DNA of 64,000 bases from assembly GCA_035720425.1 (NCBI GenBank), contig DASTOB010000061.1, positions 29,870 through 93,869 of the forward strand, written 5' to 3'. Under the pieces are notes generated by a model. That model had not been told where the DNA came from. It saw only the letters and a list, made by a program, of their open reading frames with translations, and ran no database searches. Source of the DNA: Candidatus Limnocylindrales bacterium (GTDB taxonomy: Bacteria > Chloroflexota > Limnocylindria > Limnocylindrales > CSP1-4). Below, one piece after another: positions 1-10,567 of the stretch. Made by a program: the position numbers and the translations under genes. Position 1 is the stretch's first letter, and each line of letters opens with the position of its first letter.

Positions 1-1445
1 AGCTCGAGATCGAGCGCGAGGCGCTGCGCAAGGAAACCGACGACGCGTCGCGAGCCCGGCTCGAGGCGCTCGAGGCGGAGCTCGCCGAGCTATCCGAGCA
101 GGCCGGCGCGATGAAGCAGCGCTGGGAGGCGGAGAAGTCCGCGATCGCCGCTATCCGGACGACGAAGACCGAGCTCGAAGGGCTCCAGGTCCGGATCGAG
201 CAGGCCCAGCGGGAGACGGACTTCGAGACGGCGGCCAAGCTCCAGTACGGCACCCTGCCGGAGCTCCAGGAGCGGTTGCGCGAGCAGGAAGCGGCCCTCG
301 AAACACTCCAGGGACCGGGCTCGCTGCTCAAGGAGGAGGTCAGCGCCGACGACATCGCCGAGATCGTGGCCGCCTGGACGGGCATCCCGGTCACCCGACT
401 CATGGAGGGCGAGACGGCCAAGCTCATCCACATGGAGGAACGCCTCCACGCTCGGGTGGTCGGCCAGGACGAGGCGATCGAGGCCGTCGCCGACGCGGTC
501 CGGCGCGCGCGCGCCGGGCTCAAGGACCCGCGCCGCCCGATCGGCTCGTTCCTCTTCCTCGGGCCGACCGGCGTCGGCACGACCGAGCTCGCCCGCGCCC
601 TCGCCGAGTTCCTGTTCGACGACGAGCACGCGATGGTCCGCATCGACATGAGCGAGTACATGGAGAAGTTCTCCGTGTCGCGGCTGGTCGGAGCCCCGCC
701 CGGCTACGTCGGCTACGAGGAGGGTGGGCAGCTGACCGAGGCGGTTCGCCGCCGGCCGTACCAGGTCGTCCTGCTCGACGAGATCGAGAAGGCCCACCCG
801 GACGTGTTCAACGTGCTGCTCCAGGTCCTCGACGACGGGCGCCTGACCGACTCGCAGGGCCGGACGGTCGACTTCCGGAACACGGTCGTGATCATGACGA
901 GCAACGTCGGGAGCGCCTCGATCGCAGCGGTCGGCGGGCGCGGTGACGAGGCCTACGAGGAGGTCAAGCGGCAGGTCCAGGAGGCGCTTCGCCTCCAGTT
1001 CCGGCCGGAGTTCCTCAACCGGATCGACGAGGTCATCGTGTTCCATTCGCTGACCGACGCGGACCTCGCCGCGATCGTGGACCTCCTGCTGGCCGACCTC
1101 GGCCGCCGGCTCGCCGAGCAGGACATCGAACTGGAGCCGACGCCGGCCGCCCGCGCGGTCATCGCACGCGAGGGCACCGATCCCACCTTCGGCGCCCGAC
1201 CGCTGCGGCGGACGATCCAGCGGCTGGTCGAGAACCCGCTCGCCCGCGGCCTGCTCCAGGGCACGTTCCGGTCCGGCGACCGGGTCGCGGTCGATGCCGA
1301 CCCGGTCGGCGGCACGCTCGTCTTTCGGGCCGACGACCGAACGCTCGTGACCGAGGCGGGCGAGCGGCGCGACGCGCGGGCGGCGGAGCCCTCGACGGAG
1401 GAGCCCGTGCCCGCGTCGGACGCCGGCGGGCGGCTCGTCAACTGA
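1..1445 (+). CDS. clpB: ClpB chaperone / AAA+ disaggregase, C-terminal part (5' end lies outside the window)
   Basis: The reading frame is open from nt 3. The product shows the coiled-coil M-domain (LEIEREALRKE...KQRWEAEK), an NBD2 Walker A (FLFLGPTGVGTTELARALA), the sensor/arginine region (GARPLRRTIQR) and a DEIEKAHPDVFNVLLQVLDDGRLTD block. Confidence 0.95.
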   Translation, partial: LEIEREALRKETDDASRARLEALEAELAELSEQAGAMKQRWEAEKSAIAAIRTTKTELEGLQVRIEQAQRETDFETAAKLQYGTLPELQERLREQEAALETLQGPGSLLKEEVSADDIAEIVAAWTGIPVTRLMEGETAKLIHMEERLHARVVGQDEAIEAVADAVRRARAGLKDPRRPIGSFLFLGPTGVGTTELARALAEFLFDDEHAMVRIDMSEYMEKFSVSRLVGAPPGYVGYEEGGQLTEAVRRRPYQVVLLDEIEKAHPDVFNVLLQVLDDGRLTDSQGRTVDFRNTVVIMTSNVGSASIAAVGGRGDEAYEEVKRQVQEALRLQFRPEFLNRIDEVIVFHSLTDADLAAIVDLLLADLGRRLAEQDIELEPTPAARAVIAREGTDPTFGARPLRRTIQRLVENPLARGLLQGTFRSGDRVAVDADPVGGTLVFRADDRTLVTEAGERRDARAAEPSTEEPVPASDAGGRLVN

Positions 1446-1465
1446 GCGACCGGGCCGCGTCCGTC

Positions 1466-2134
1466 GTGCGCTACGACGACGTCGTCGCGCGCCTCGCGAC
1501 GCTGCCGACGCCGCTCCCGGAGCCGCCGGCGGCGCTGATCCCCGTGCGGACGAACTCAGACGTCCCCCTCTCGTTCAGGCCGGACCCGTCGACGGTCAAG
1601 CAGGCCGCCGTGCTCGTCCTCGTCGTGCCGGGGACGGACATGGACGCACGGGTCGTGCTCACCGAGCGGGTCGACCGCGGCGGGCACCACAGCGGGGAGA
1701 TGAGCTTCCCCGGCGGGCGGACGGAACCGACCGACCGGGATCTCACCGCGACCGCCCTCCGCGAAGCAGCCGAGGAGGTCGGCCTCGATGCCGTCGCCGC
1801 CGGCGTGCGGATCGTCGGCTCCCTCGACCCGTTCTGGATCCCGGTCAGCGACTTCGAGGTCACGCCGATCGTCGCGGTCGCCGCGCGCCGCCCGCGCCTC
1901 GTCGCGGCGCCGGCGGAGGTCGCGCGGATCATCGAGGCGCCGATCGTCGCGTTCCTGCCGGGGGCGCGGCTCGAGATCGTGGAGCGCACGATCCGGGACT
2001 GGGACCTGCGCTACGCGGCCTATCCGATCGACGGGGCGCGGGTGTGGGGAGCGACGGCCCGCATCCTCGGCCAGCTCGGCGCGATCATCGCCGCGCACGA
2101 CGGCGCCCCGACCGCCGGGGGACGGGAGCCCTAA
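1466..2134 (+). CDS. Nudix hydrolase (CoA pyrophosphatase-like)
   Basis: Nudix box GGHHSGEMSFPGGRTEPTDRDLTATALREAAEEVGL (GX5EX7REUXEEXGU pattern). The start is a GTG. Confidence 0.85.
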   Translation: MRYDDVVARLATLPTPLPEPPAALIPVRTNSDVPLSFRPDPSTVKQAAVLVLVVPGTDMDARVVLTERVDRGGHHSGEMSFPGGRTEPTDRDLTATALREAAEEVGLDAVAAGVRIVGSLDPFWIPVSDFEVTPIVAVAARRPRLVAAPAEVARIIEAPIVAFLPGARLEIVERTIRDWDLRYAAYPIDGARVWGATARILGQLGAIIAAHDGAPTAGGREP

Positions 2135-2607
2135 CTCGGCTCGCCGGCCGTTGGATCCGGGGCCGGCGGCCGCGGCGGTGTGACGAGCCGGCCCTCGCCA
2201 CGCGCGACCGTCCCCGCCTCGCCGGGACCGAGCCGGCGTGCCGCGCCCTCGAGGATGCCGCGCGCCGCCGCGTCGTCGCGGCCCGCGAACTCGACCACGA
2301 TCGCGCGCATCTCGGACGCCTCGGTCCAGGCCGCATGGGAGACATCGGCCGGCCAGACCACCGCCTCACCGGCGGCGACCCGGATGCGCTCGTCGCCGAC
2401 GGACGCCCAGCCGCCGCCCTCGATGACCACGAAGTACGTCGTGTTCGGGTTGCTGTGTGGCTCGATCGCCGCCCCGCGGGCGAAGGCCAACTCCGACACG
2501 ACACCGCGTGCGTCGCTGTGGATGACCCGACCGGCGATGCCACGCGTCCCGGGCGGACCGTCCGCGCGACGGTGACCGACACCGAAGCGCAGGACCTCGA
2601 TCGGCAT
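2131..2607 (-). CDS. Cupin domain protein
   Basis: Cupin-like core: HSNPNTTYFVVIEGGGWASVGDERIRVAAGEAVVWPADVSHAAW. I placed the start at the internal ATG (MPIEVLRF) of the longer 2131..3159 ORF. The upstream part of that ORF overlaps the better-supported membrane gene in another frame. Confidence 0.7.
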   Translation of the reverse strand: MPIEVLRFGVGHRRADGPPGTRGIAGRVIHSDARGVVSELAFARGAAIEPHSNPNTTYFVVIEGGGWASVGDERIRVAAGEAVVWPADVSHAAWTEASEMRAIVVEFAGRDDAAARGILEGAARRLGPGEAGTVARGEGRLVTPPRPPAPDPTAGEPS

Positions 2608-2618
2608 CGCCGGACGCG

Positions 2619-3053
2619 TCAGCGGCGACGGCGAGACCGCCGGGCCGCCTTCGGGCGGATGGTGGCCTCCGGCTTGGCGAACTTCGTGCGCGAGAAGTAG
2701 CGCTGCTTGGCGAGCTTCTGCTCGTACACCGCGAGGACCGGCGGGAACTTCCGGAAGCGCACCCAGGCGAGCGTCCCGAGCCCGATCACCTCGATCGCGA
2801 GGACGAGGAAGAACTCGAACCGGAACACCGCGGCCACGATGAGCAGTGAGAACGTGATGATCCCCGTCCACAGCAGCCACTCGTACAGGTCGAGGTACGG
2901 CGGGTGGCGGTGCAGCCGGCGCGTCCGGATCACGTACAGGGCGATGAGCCCGACGAGGAGGACGAGCGATGCGACCCACGTCGGATGGAACAGGTCCGGG
3001 AAGTTCTGGCTGGTGAACGGGAGGAACAGGTAGTTCCAGGGTGGAAGCGTCAC
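2619..3053 (-). CDS. Small polytopic membrane protein, function unknown
   Basis: 144 aa with three clear hydrophobic spans and a basic C-terminal tail (KAARRSRRRR). It lies 11 nt upstream of the cupin gene on the same strand. Confidence 0.7.
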   Translation of the reverse strand: MTLPPWNYLFLPFTSQNFPDLFHPTWVASLVLLVGLIALYVIRTRRLHRHPPYLDLYEWLLWTGIITFSLLIVAAVFRFEFFLVLAIEVIGLGTLAWVRFRKFPPVLAVYEQKLAKQRYFSRTKFAKPEATIRPKAARRSRRRR

Positions 3054-3182
3054 GCCCGGGAGGATACACGGCGCACGCTATACTCGACCGGCACGCGAGC
3101 GTCGCCTCGTCCAGTCGCGCGCTGGGACGGTCAGGCCCGCGGGATCGACGCCAGACCACGGGTTTCGGGAGGGACTGCCCGG

Positions 3183-4730
3183 TTGCGAGCCCTGCTCTCG
3201 GTGGCGAATCGGGACGGCATCTCCACGTTCGCCCGCGACCTGCTCTCCCTCGGCGTCGAGATCTTCGCCACCGACGGGACGCGCGAGCACCTGGCCGCGG
3301 ACGGCATCGAGGTCGCCCCCGTTTCGGAGCTCACCCAGGTGGCCGCCCTCGTCGGTGGCCAGGTCAAGACGTTCCACCCCGCGGTCTACGCCGGGATTCT
3401 CGCCCGACGTGACATCCCCGAGCAGATCGAGGAGCTGAGCGCCCACGGCATCGGCCTCATCGACGTTGTCGTCGTCAACGTCAAGGCGTTCGCGCCGGAG
3501 GTCGGCCGGCGGCTGATCGGGATCGACGAGGCGATCGAGATGATCGACGTCGGCGGGGCCGCCCTGCTCGGCGCCGCCGCGCGCAACGCGGCGGGAGTCG
3601 CGGCCGTCGCGAGCCCGGAGCACTACGCGCGCGTCGCCGACGAGATCCGGCGCCACGGCCATGTCTCGCCGGAGCTGCGCGCCCAGCTCGCCGCGGAGGC
3701 GTTCGGCGCCGTCGCGGCCTACCACGCGGAGATCGCCGCGTACCTCAACCAGATCGCCGGCACGACGTTTCCCAAGCGCCTCGCCGTGGTCCTCGAGAAG
3801 GTCGACGACCTGCCGTACGGGGAGAATCCGCACCAGCACGCCGCCTTCTACCGCGAGACGACCCACCGCTCCGGCTCGCTCGCCGACGCGACCCTCGTGC
3901 AGGGCGCGCGGCCGTCGTTCAACAACCTGCTCGACCTCGACGCGGCGTACCGGATCGCCCGCGACTACACGGCGCCGACCGTCGCGATCGTCAAGCACAC
4001 GGACCCCGTGGGCCTCGCCTCGAACGACGAGCTCGTGGAGGCCTACCGCAAGGCGCTCGAGACGGACCCGGTCGCGTCGTTCGGCGGGATCGTCGGCGTC
4101 AACCGCGAGCTCGACGGGGCGACGGCGCGGGAGATCGCCGCCAACTCGTACGAGGCGGTCGTCGCACCCTCGTACAGCCAGGCGGCGCTCGGCATCCTGA
4201 AGAGCAAGCACGGCCTCGAGCTGCTCGCCATCCCGCCCGATCCGACCGAGGGCATGCGCGACTACGGCATCGCCAACCTCGACTTCAAGCGCGTCGGCGG
4301 CGGGCTGCTGGTGGAAGGGCTCGACGAGCTCGGTCTCGATCGCGGCCAGCTCCAGGTGGTGACGAAGCGGCGCCCGACGCTCGAGGAGCTGACCGACCTG
4401 CTGTTCGCCTGGCGCGCCGTGCGACACGTCCGCTCGAACGCGATCGTCCTCGCCCGCAACGCCGCCACGGTCGGGATCGGCGCCGCGCAGGCGAGTCGCC
4501 ACGTATCGGTCGAGATCGCCCTGCGCCGGGCCGGCGACCGGGCCAAGCTCGCCGTCCTCGCCAGCGACGCCTACTTCCCGTTCCCGGACGGCATCCAGCT
4601 CGCCGCAGGCGCCGGGGTGACGGCGATCATCCAGCCGGGCGGCTCGATCCGCGACGAGATGGCGATCGAGGTCGCCGACCGGCATCACCTGGCGATGGTC
4701 TTCACCGGCCGCCGGCATTTTCGTCATTAG
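3183..4730 (+). CDS. purH: Bifunctional AICAR transformylase / IMP cyclohydrolase
   Basis: N-terminal MGS-like motif [32 protein letters not shown] and a typical C-terminus, [31 protein letters not shown]...[10 protein letters not shown] placed the start at the in-frame TTG at 3183; the ORF track's start at 2904 is an upstream extension. Confidence 0.92.
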   Translation: MRALLSVANRDGISTFARDLLSLGVEIFATDGTREHLAADGIEVAPVSELTQVAALVGGQVKTFHPAVYAGILARRDIPEQIEELSAHGIGLIDVVVVNVKAFAPEVGRRLIGIDEAIEMIDVGGAALLGAAARNAAGVAAVASPEHYARVADEIRRHGHVSPELRAQLAAEAFGAVAAYHAEIAAYLNQIAGTTFPKRLAVVLEKVDDLPYGENPHQHAAFYRETTHRSGSLADATLVQGARPSFNNLLDLDAAYRIARDYTAPTVAIVKHTDPVGLASNDELVEAYRKALETDPVASFGGIVGVNRELDGATAREIAANSYEAVVAPSYSQAALGILKSKHGLELLAIPPDPTEGMRDYGIANLDFKRVGGGLLVEGLDELGLDRGQLQVVTKRRPTLEELTDLLFAWRAVRHVRSNAIVLARNAATVGIGAAQASRHVSVEIALRRAGDRAKLAVLASDAYFPFPDGIQLAAGAGVTAIIQPGGSIRDEMAIEVADRHHLAMVFTGRRHFRH

Positions 4731-4734
4731 CGGC

Positions 4735-5715
<981 letters not shown>

Positions 5716-5763
5716 CTTGACGCGCCGCGCGGGCCGGCGTCAGCGGCAGCGCCAGCGACCGCG

Positions 5764-6423
5764 TCAGCTCCCCCGCCAGCTCCCGCGATCCCGGTCCCAC
5801 TCGCCGATCGGCCGTGCGGCGTCATCGCCCTCGACGCGCTCCCGTCGCCGGCGCGCCGACTCGACCGTCTCCCCCCAGCCGGGCGGCACGAGGCCGCGGG
5901 CGAGGTCGGCCAGCGGCGCGAGCACGAACAGCCGGTCGCGAGCCTCCGGATGGGGCACCTCGAGCAGCCGATCGCGATGGCCGGGATCGAGCGACATGCC
6001 CGCCGGCGGGCGCTCGACGCTGAGGCGGTGGCGGCCGAAGACGAGCAGATCGAGATCGAGCTCGCGCGGTCCCCACCGGCCGCGATCGCGCCGGCCGAAC
6101 GCGCGCTCGATCCCCTTGAGCGCCACGAGGAGCGCCAGGGCCCCGGTCGCCGGGTCCGGCCCAGCGGGCACGTCGAGCGCGACGACCGCGTTCCGGAAGG
6201 CGGGCTGGTCGACGACCCCGACCGGCGCCGTCTCGTACAGCCGCGAGACGCCGCCCAGGCGCGCGCCGGGGAGAGCGCCCAGCGCGTGGACGCCCGCCGC
6301 CAGCGTGGCCGCGGCGTCGCCGAGGTTGGCTCCCAGGCCGATATAGGTTCTGACGGTCCGTGTCAGCTCACCGGCCCTCCTCGCGATGCGTCGATGCCCG
6401 TCGCTATGCTCGCACTCGTGCAC
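5764..6423 (-). CDS. folK: 2-amino-4-hydroxy-6-hydroxymethyldihydropteridine diphosphokinase (HPPK)
   Basis: YIGLGANLGD...SRLYETAPVG..DQPAFRNAVVAL..RWGPRELDLDLLVFG..LEVPHPEARDRLFVLAPLADL. The start is uncertain. The nearest in-frame start upstream of the domain is the GTG at 6423. The ORF track's 542-aa version is an upstream extension. Confidence 0.85.
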   Translation of the reverse strand: MHECEHSDGHRRIARRAGELTRTVRTYIGLGANLGDAAATLAAGVHALGALPGARLGGVSRLYETAPVGVVDQPAFRNAVVALDVPAGPDPATGALALLVALKGIERAFGRRDRGRWGPRELDLDLLVFGRHRLSVERPPAGMSLDPGHRDRLLEVPHPEARDRLFVLAPLADLARGLVPPGWGETVESARRRRERVEGDDAARPIGEWDRDRGSWRGS

Positions 6424-7440
6424 GACGTCGCGGTTCGCATTCTTCACCCCCCGCCGTCGCCGCGGGCCGGCGAACTCGAGCGGCTGCTCGTCGATGCCCG
6501 CCGCGACAACGCGGAGCGCCAGGCCTCCGGGTTCGCCCGGGCCGGGGCGAGCGACGTCCGGATCGAGGGGGACGCCGACGACGTCCCGTTCGGCGCGCGC
6601 CTCCGGGCGATCGTGGCGCAGATCGGTCGCCGCGGGCTCGTGCTGCTCGGGTCCGGCGCCGTGCCGCTCGCTCGGCCCGCTGACCGGCGCGCCTTGGTAA
6701 CGGCTGCGGCAGCCGACGGGTCGACCGTCCTCGCCAACAACCGCTACTCGGCGGACATCGTCGCGATCCCGCGGCCGTGGGACCTCGACGGGATCCCGGA
6801 CCTCGCGACCGACAACGGGCTGCCGCGCTGGCTCGAGGAGGTCGCCGGCCGGCCGGTCGCCGACCTTCGGCGACGCTGGCGTCTCGCGGTCGACCTCGAT
6901 TCGCCGCTCGATGCCGCGCTGATCGGCCGGCCGGTGGCGACCGCGTCCACCGTCCTCGCCCGCCTCGACGCCGTCGCGGCCGTCGCCAGGGACGCGACGG
7001 CCGAGCTCGTCGTGGCAGGTCGCACGAGCGCGGCAACGCTCACATGGATGGAGACGGCGGCGCGGGCCCGCGTCCGCGCGCTCGTCGAGGAGCGCGGGCT
7101 CAGGACCCGCCGGACGGACCAACGACCGGCGCGATCCGTCCTCGGGCTGCTGCTCGACCGAGCCGGACCGGACGGGCTGGGAGCGGTGCTCGCGGAGCTC
7201 GGTGACGCCGCCCTCGTCGATACACGGGTGCTCCTCGCGCATCGCTGCGGGGCGGACGAGCGATCCTGGCCCGCCCCGGAGGACCGGTTCGCGTCCGACC
7301 TCCTGCTCGCGGACCGCGTGCGCGACCCGTGGCTGCGTGCGCTCACGGCCTCCGCCGTCGCGGCTCCGATCCCGGTCGTCCTCGGCGGCCACACCCTCGT
7401 GGGTCCGGGCGTCCGGTACGCGTTGCGGTCCCCGGCGTGA
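6394..7440 (+). CDS. Hypothetical protein; the N-terminal part vaguely resembles a nucleotidyltransferase/GT-A fold
   Basis: Long ORF with protein-like composition. Its stop overlaps the GTG start of the downstream MidA gene (GTGA). The start could be ATG 6394, ATG 6406 or GTG 6418. The last of these lies back-to-back with the folK GTG inside the palindrome GTGCAC. I recognised no catalytic motif. Confidence 0.55.
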   Translation: MPVAMLALVHDVAVRILHPPPSPRAGELERLLVDARRDNAERQASGFARAGASDVRIEGDADDVPFGARLRAIVAQIGRRGLVLLGSGAVPLARPADRRALVTAAAADGSTVLANNRYSADIVAIPRPWDLDGIPDLATDNGLPRWLEEVAGRPVADLRRRWRLAVDLDSPLDAALIGRPVATASTVLARLDAVAAVARDATAELVVAGRTSAATLTWMETAARARVRALVEERGLRTRRTDQRPARSVLGLLLDRAGPDGLGAVLAELGDAALVDTRVLLAHRCGADERSWPAPEDRFASDLLLADRVRDPWLRALTASAVAAPIPVVLGGHTLVGPGVRYALRSPA

Positions 7441-8642
7441 ACGGCAACGGCGCCAGCCTGGGGCTGCGACGCGTTCCGCCGCCAGACCTCGATGCGGTCG
7501 GGAGTGACGCCGTCCTCGAGGAGCGGATTCGCGCGGAGATCGCGGCGAGCGGCCCGATCACGTTCGCCCACTACATGGAGATCGCCCAGTACGACCCCGA
7601 GCGCGGCTACTACCGGGTGGCCGACGCCCGGCCGGGACGGGGCGGCGACTTCCTGACCGCACCGGAGGCGCATCCGATCTTCGGCCACGCCGTGTCGCGC
7701 CAGATCCACGACGTGTGGCAGCGGCTCGGCGAGCCGGATCCGTTCGTCGTTCGGGAGTACGGGGCCGGCGCCGGGGCGCTCGCGGCAGCCGTGCTCGACG
7801 GGCTCGCGGCCGACGGTTCCGGATTAGGCGGCCGCCTGCGCTACCGCGCCGTCGAAGTCGATCGGCGGCGGCTCGACGAGCTCACGGCGCGCCTGGCCGC
7901 GACCGGGCACGCGGCCGCCTTCGAGCCGGATGACGGCGCGCCGATCACGGGCGTCGTCGTCGCCAACGAGGTCCTCGACGCACTGCCGTTCCATCGGGTC
8001 GTCGCGCGCGGCGGACGCCTGCGCGAGGTGCGCGTCGGGATCGGCCCGTCTGGCCGGCTGGAGGACGTGGAGGGTGACCCCTCGACGCCGGCTCTCGAGG
8101 CCCGACTCGATGACGAGGGGATCCGTCTCGCGGACGATCAGCAGGCGGAGATCTGCCTCGCGCTGGATTCGTGGGTCGCGACGGCCGCCTCCGGGCTCGC
8201 GCGCGGCCTGCTCCTCCTCATCGACTACGGGCACCCGGCAGCGGAGCTGTACGACGGGCGCCGGCGCCCGCACGGAACGCTCGCCGCCTACGTCCGTCAC
8301 ACGGTCCACGAGGACCCGTACCGCCACGTCGGCCGCCAGGACCTCACCGCCCACGTCGACGTGACCGCCGTCGAGCGCGCGGCGGCGCGAGCCGGCCTCG
8401 ACCGGCTCGGCGTGACGACGCAGGGCGAATTCCTCGCCTCGCTCGATGCCGGCGAGCTGCTCGTCGCGCTCGGCCAGGCGACGGGGACGACGGTGCCGGA
8501 CTACCTGACCGCCCGCTCGGCCCTCGCACGGATGATCGATCCGGCCGCCATGGGCCGCTTCCGGGTCATGCTGTTCGGGCGGGGCCTGGACGTCCGGCCG
8601 CCGCTCCGCGGGCTCACGGTCAGGGTTCGCCGTGGCACGTGA
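7437..8642 (+). CDS. Class I SAM-dependent methyltransferase, MidA/NDUFAF7 (DUF185) family
   Basis: ITFAHYMEIAQYDPERGYYR...GDFLTAPEAHPIFGHAV...VVREYGAGAGALA...ANEVLDALP...LLLIDYGH. The GTG start at 7437 overlaps the upstream stop. Confidence 0.85.
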   Translation: MNGNGASLGLRRVPPPDLDAVGSDAVLEERIRAEIAASGPITFAHYMEIAQYDPERGYYRVADARPGRGGDFLTAPEAHPIFGHAVSRQIHDVWQRLGEPDPFVVREYGAGAGALAAAVLDGLAADGSGLGGRLRYRAVEVDRRRLDELTARLAATGHAAAFEPDDGAPITGVVVANEVLDALPFHRVVARGGRLREVRVGIGPSGRLEDVEGDPSTPALEARLDDEGIRLADDQQAEICLALDSWVATAASGLARGLLLLIDYGHPAAELYDGRRRPHGTLAAYVRHTVHEDPYRHVGRQDLTAHVDVTAVERAAARAGLDRLGVTTQGEFLASLDAGELLVALGQATGTTVPDYLTARSALARMIDPAAMGRFRVMLFGRGLDVRPPLRGLTVRVRRGT

Positions 8643-8839
8643 CGCGGGATGCGCGTTCCGGGTACGGCATTCTGCCTATTGCCGCGCGACGATCCCGGCG
8701 CGCACGCTCCGAGGTGCCGGTTACGGCGCACCGCCGGGGAGCGGATCGTGATCCTGCACGCGCGCTCGGCGCGATCCGCTCCCCGACCCTCGTCACGATC
8801 GAAGGCTCGTGACGCGCGCGCCGTACGTGCGGGTCCCCC

Positions 8840-8848
8840 TGCTAGAAT
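8840..8848 (+). promoter_or_regulatory. Candidate extended -10 promoter element (TGCTAGAAT) upstream of nuoA
   Basis: The sequence TGcTAGAAT lies in the 320-bp gap before nuoA, about 115 nt upstream of its GTG. The same TGCTAGNNT pattern recurs upstream of two other genes in this window. I found no convincing -35. Confidence 0.4.
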
Positions 8849-8962
8849 GACCACGCGGATGGGGACCATTCGAACTGCCCGCCGCCCACCCCAGGGGAAG
8901 TCCGATCCACCGTTCCGTGAGCGCCGCCGCAGGGGCCGGCGAGCGCCTTCAGTGAGGCTCGC

Positions 8963-9319
8963 GTGACCGGCATCTGGTACGTCGTCGGGTTCGCCGTCGC
9001 CGGCGTGTCGTTCGTCTTTCTGACGATCGGCGCGGCGTGGCTCATCTCGCATCGCAACCGGGGCGACGTCCACAAGGGCCTGCCGTACGAGTCCGGCATT
9101 GACACATTCGGCGACACGCACGGGCGGTTCGGCCTGTCGTTCTACATCTACGCGCTGCTGTTCGTCGCCTTCGACATCGAAGTGATCTTCCTCTACCTTT
9201 GGGCCATCGTGTTCCGCGATCTCCTGCTCGGCGGGTTCATCAGCATGCTCATCTTCGTCGTCGTCCTCCTATTCGGGCTGTTCTACGCCTGGCGGAAGGG
9301 GGTGCTGTCGTGGGACTGA
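8963..9319 (+). CDS. nuoA: NADH-quinone oxidoreductase subunit A
   Basis: 118 aa, three TM segments, and [10 protein letters not shown]...[12 protein letters not shown]. Confidence 0.92.
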   Translation: MTGIWYVVGFAVAGVSFVFLTIGAAWLISHRNRGDVHKGLPYESGIDTFGDTHGRFGLSFYIYALLFVAFDIEVIFLYLWAIVFRDLLLGGFISMLIFVVVLLFGLFYAWRKGVLSWD

Positions 9320-10005
9320 AGCCGGACGCCACGACCGCCGTCGTGACGACCGGGTCGACCGACGTCGTCGAGGCCATCGAGGTACCGAATGCCCTGTGGC
9401 AGCCGTCGGATCCGGCGGCCTACGGTGGCGGGCAGCCGACCGACATCACGCACCTCCGGGAGCTCGCTGAGGGCGACGCCCTGCGCCGTGACAACGCCCG
9501 CTGGTCCGGCGCGCTCGAGATCATCCCGACCAAGGCGGACTACGTCCTCGACCTGATCCGTGCCAACAGCCTGTGGCCGCTCCTGTCCGGCCTGGCCTGC
9601 TGCGCCTTCGAGATGATGTCGAGCGCGACGAGCAAGAACGACATCGATCGGTGGGGGATGTTCCCGTTCCGGGCCAGCCCACGCCAGGCGGACGTGCTCA
9701 TCGTCGCAGGCACGCTCACGACGAAGATGGCCGGGCCGCTCGTCCGGCTGTGGGAGCAGATGCCGGAGCCCAAGTGGTGCGTGGCGATGGGCGACTGCAC
9801 GTGCTCCGGCGGCCGCTACAAGCGGAGCTACTCGACGGTCGAGGGCATCGATCGGGTCATGCCGGTCGACGTCTACGTGCCGGGCTGCCCGCCGCGGCCG
9901 GAGGGCCTCATCTACGGGATGATGAAGCTCCAGCAGCTCGTCAAGGACCGCCGCGGACACTGGCCGGAGCGGGCGATCGGACCGACGGTTCCCGAGGACG
10001 TCTGA
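9310..10005 (+). CDS. nuoB: NADH-quinone oxidoreductase subunit B (N2 cluster)
   Basis: GLACCAFEM...[16 protein letters not shown]...[13 protein letters not shown]...[14 protein letters not shown] chose the GTG at 9310, which overlaps the nuoA end. Confidence 0.92.
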   Translation: MGLKPDATTAVVTTGSTDVVEAIEVPNALWQPSDPAAYGGGQPTDITHLRELAEGDALRRDNARWSGALEIIPTKADYVLDLIRANSLWPLLSGLACCAFEMMSSATSKNDIDRWGMFPFRASPRQADVLIVAGTLTTKMAGPLVRLWEQMPEPKWCVAMGDCTCSGGRYKRSYSTVEGIDRVMPVDVYVPGCPPRPEGLIYGMMKLQQLVKDRRGHWPERAIGPTVPEDV

Positions 10006-10554
10006 GTGGACAAGGCCCTGGCCCGCCGGCTCGAGGCGCGCTTCGGTTCGACCCTGGCGGGCCCCGTCCGGCAGCGCCACGACGAGACCGAGATCCGGAT
10101 CGCCGCGAGCGAGGTCCCGGAGGTCATGCGCGCGCTCCATGACGAGCCGGAGTTCGGGTTCGAGCTCCTCGCGGACCTGGCCGGCGTCGACACCGGCGAG
10201 GTCATGCAGGTCGTCTATCACCTGTGGAGCGCGACGAGCCCGGACTGGCTGCGGGTCATCGCCGACGGCCTGCCGCGCGAGGCGCCGCGTGCGCCGTCCG
10301 TGACCTTCCTGTGGAAGGGCGCGGAGTGGCTCGAGCGCGAGGCGTATGACATGTTCGGGATCACGTTCGAGGGCAACCGGGATCTGCGGCGCATCTTCAT
10401 GCCGCCTGACTACACCTCCTTTCCGCTGCGCAAGGACTTCTACCTGGCGGACGATGCAGCGCGTTCGCCCGGCGCGGGCGTGCGCCACATGGAACGCACG
10501 CACGAGCCCGCCAATACCCCGGGCGCCGAGCGCACCCGGCGGGTCAGGACGTGA
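10006..10554 (+). CDS. nuoC: NADH-quinone oxidoreductase subunit C
   Basis: FELLADLAGVD...WKGAEWLEREAYDMFGITFEGNRDLRRIFMP. Confidence 0.9.
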   Translation: MDKALARRLEARFGSTLAGPVRQRHDETEIRIAASEVPEVMRALHDEPEFGFELLADLAGVDTGEVMQVVYHLWSATSPDWLRVIADGLPREAPRAPSVTFLWKGAEWLEREAYDMFGITFEGNRDLRRIFMPPDYTSFPLRKDFYLADDAARSPGAGVRHMERTHEPANTPGAERTRRVRT

Positions 10555-10567
10555 GCGACCAGCGGCG

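Noticed and set aside
90-1046. Long antisense and alternative-frame ORFs that overlap well-supported genes. Examples: 90..1046 -, 3078..4898 -, 15154..16536 -, 16774..18627 -, 18456..20501 -, 20795..22291 -, 22813..26013 -, 30891..33542 -, 37476..42179 -, 38939..41986 + and 56411..58594 -.
   Set aside because: These are typical shadow ORFs of a very GC-rich genome. Their translations are Arg/Pro/Gly/Asp-rich and carry no recognisable motifs. Each lies opposite or out of frame to a gene with clear family signatures.
3054-3182. A ZTP (pfl) riboswitch in the purH leader.
   Set aside because: purH is a classic ZTP-riboswitch target, and there is a possible TATACT -10 at 3079 with a leader of about 95 nt. 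However, I could not find the conserved GGGUCGUGA...UGGCG or CCGCCUGGGCA elements. A covariance-model scan would be needed to settle this.
2904-3182. The upstream extensions given by the ORF track for many genes: purH from 2904, folK to 7392, dnaA to 55770, nuoB/D/M, otsB, corA, MFS, rhomboid, the cupredoxin, LuxR and others.
   Set aside because: - The extensions are Arg/Pro-rich and lack homology-like motifs.
- They often overlap the preceding gene.
- Conserved N-termini together with overlapping GTGA/ATGA starts or Shine-Dalgarno-like sequences support the shorter versions listed in the features.
8860-8900. A tRNA-like TTCGAA (GGGGACCATTCGAACTGCCC) upstream of nuoA.
   Set aside because: The flanking bases do not pair into a T-stem, and no acceptor or anticodon arms can be drawn.
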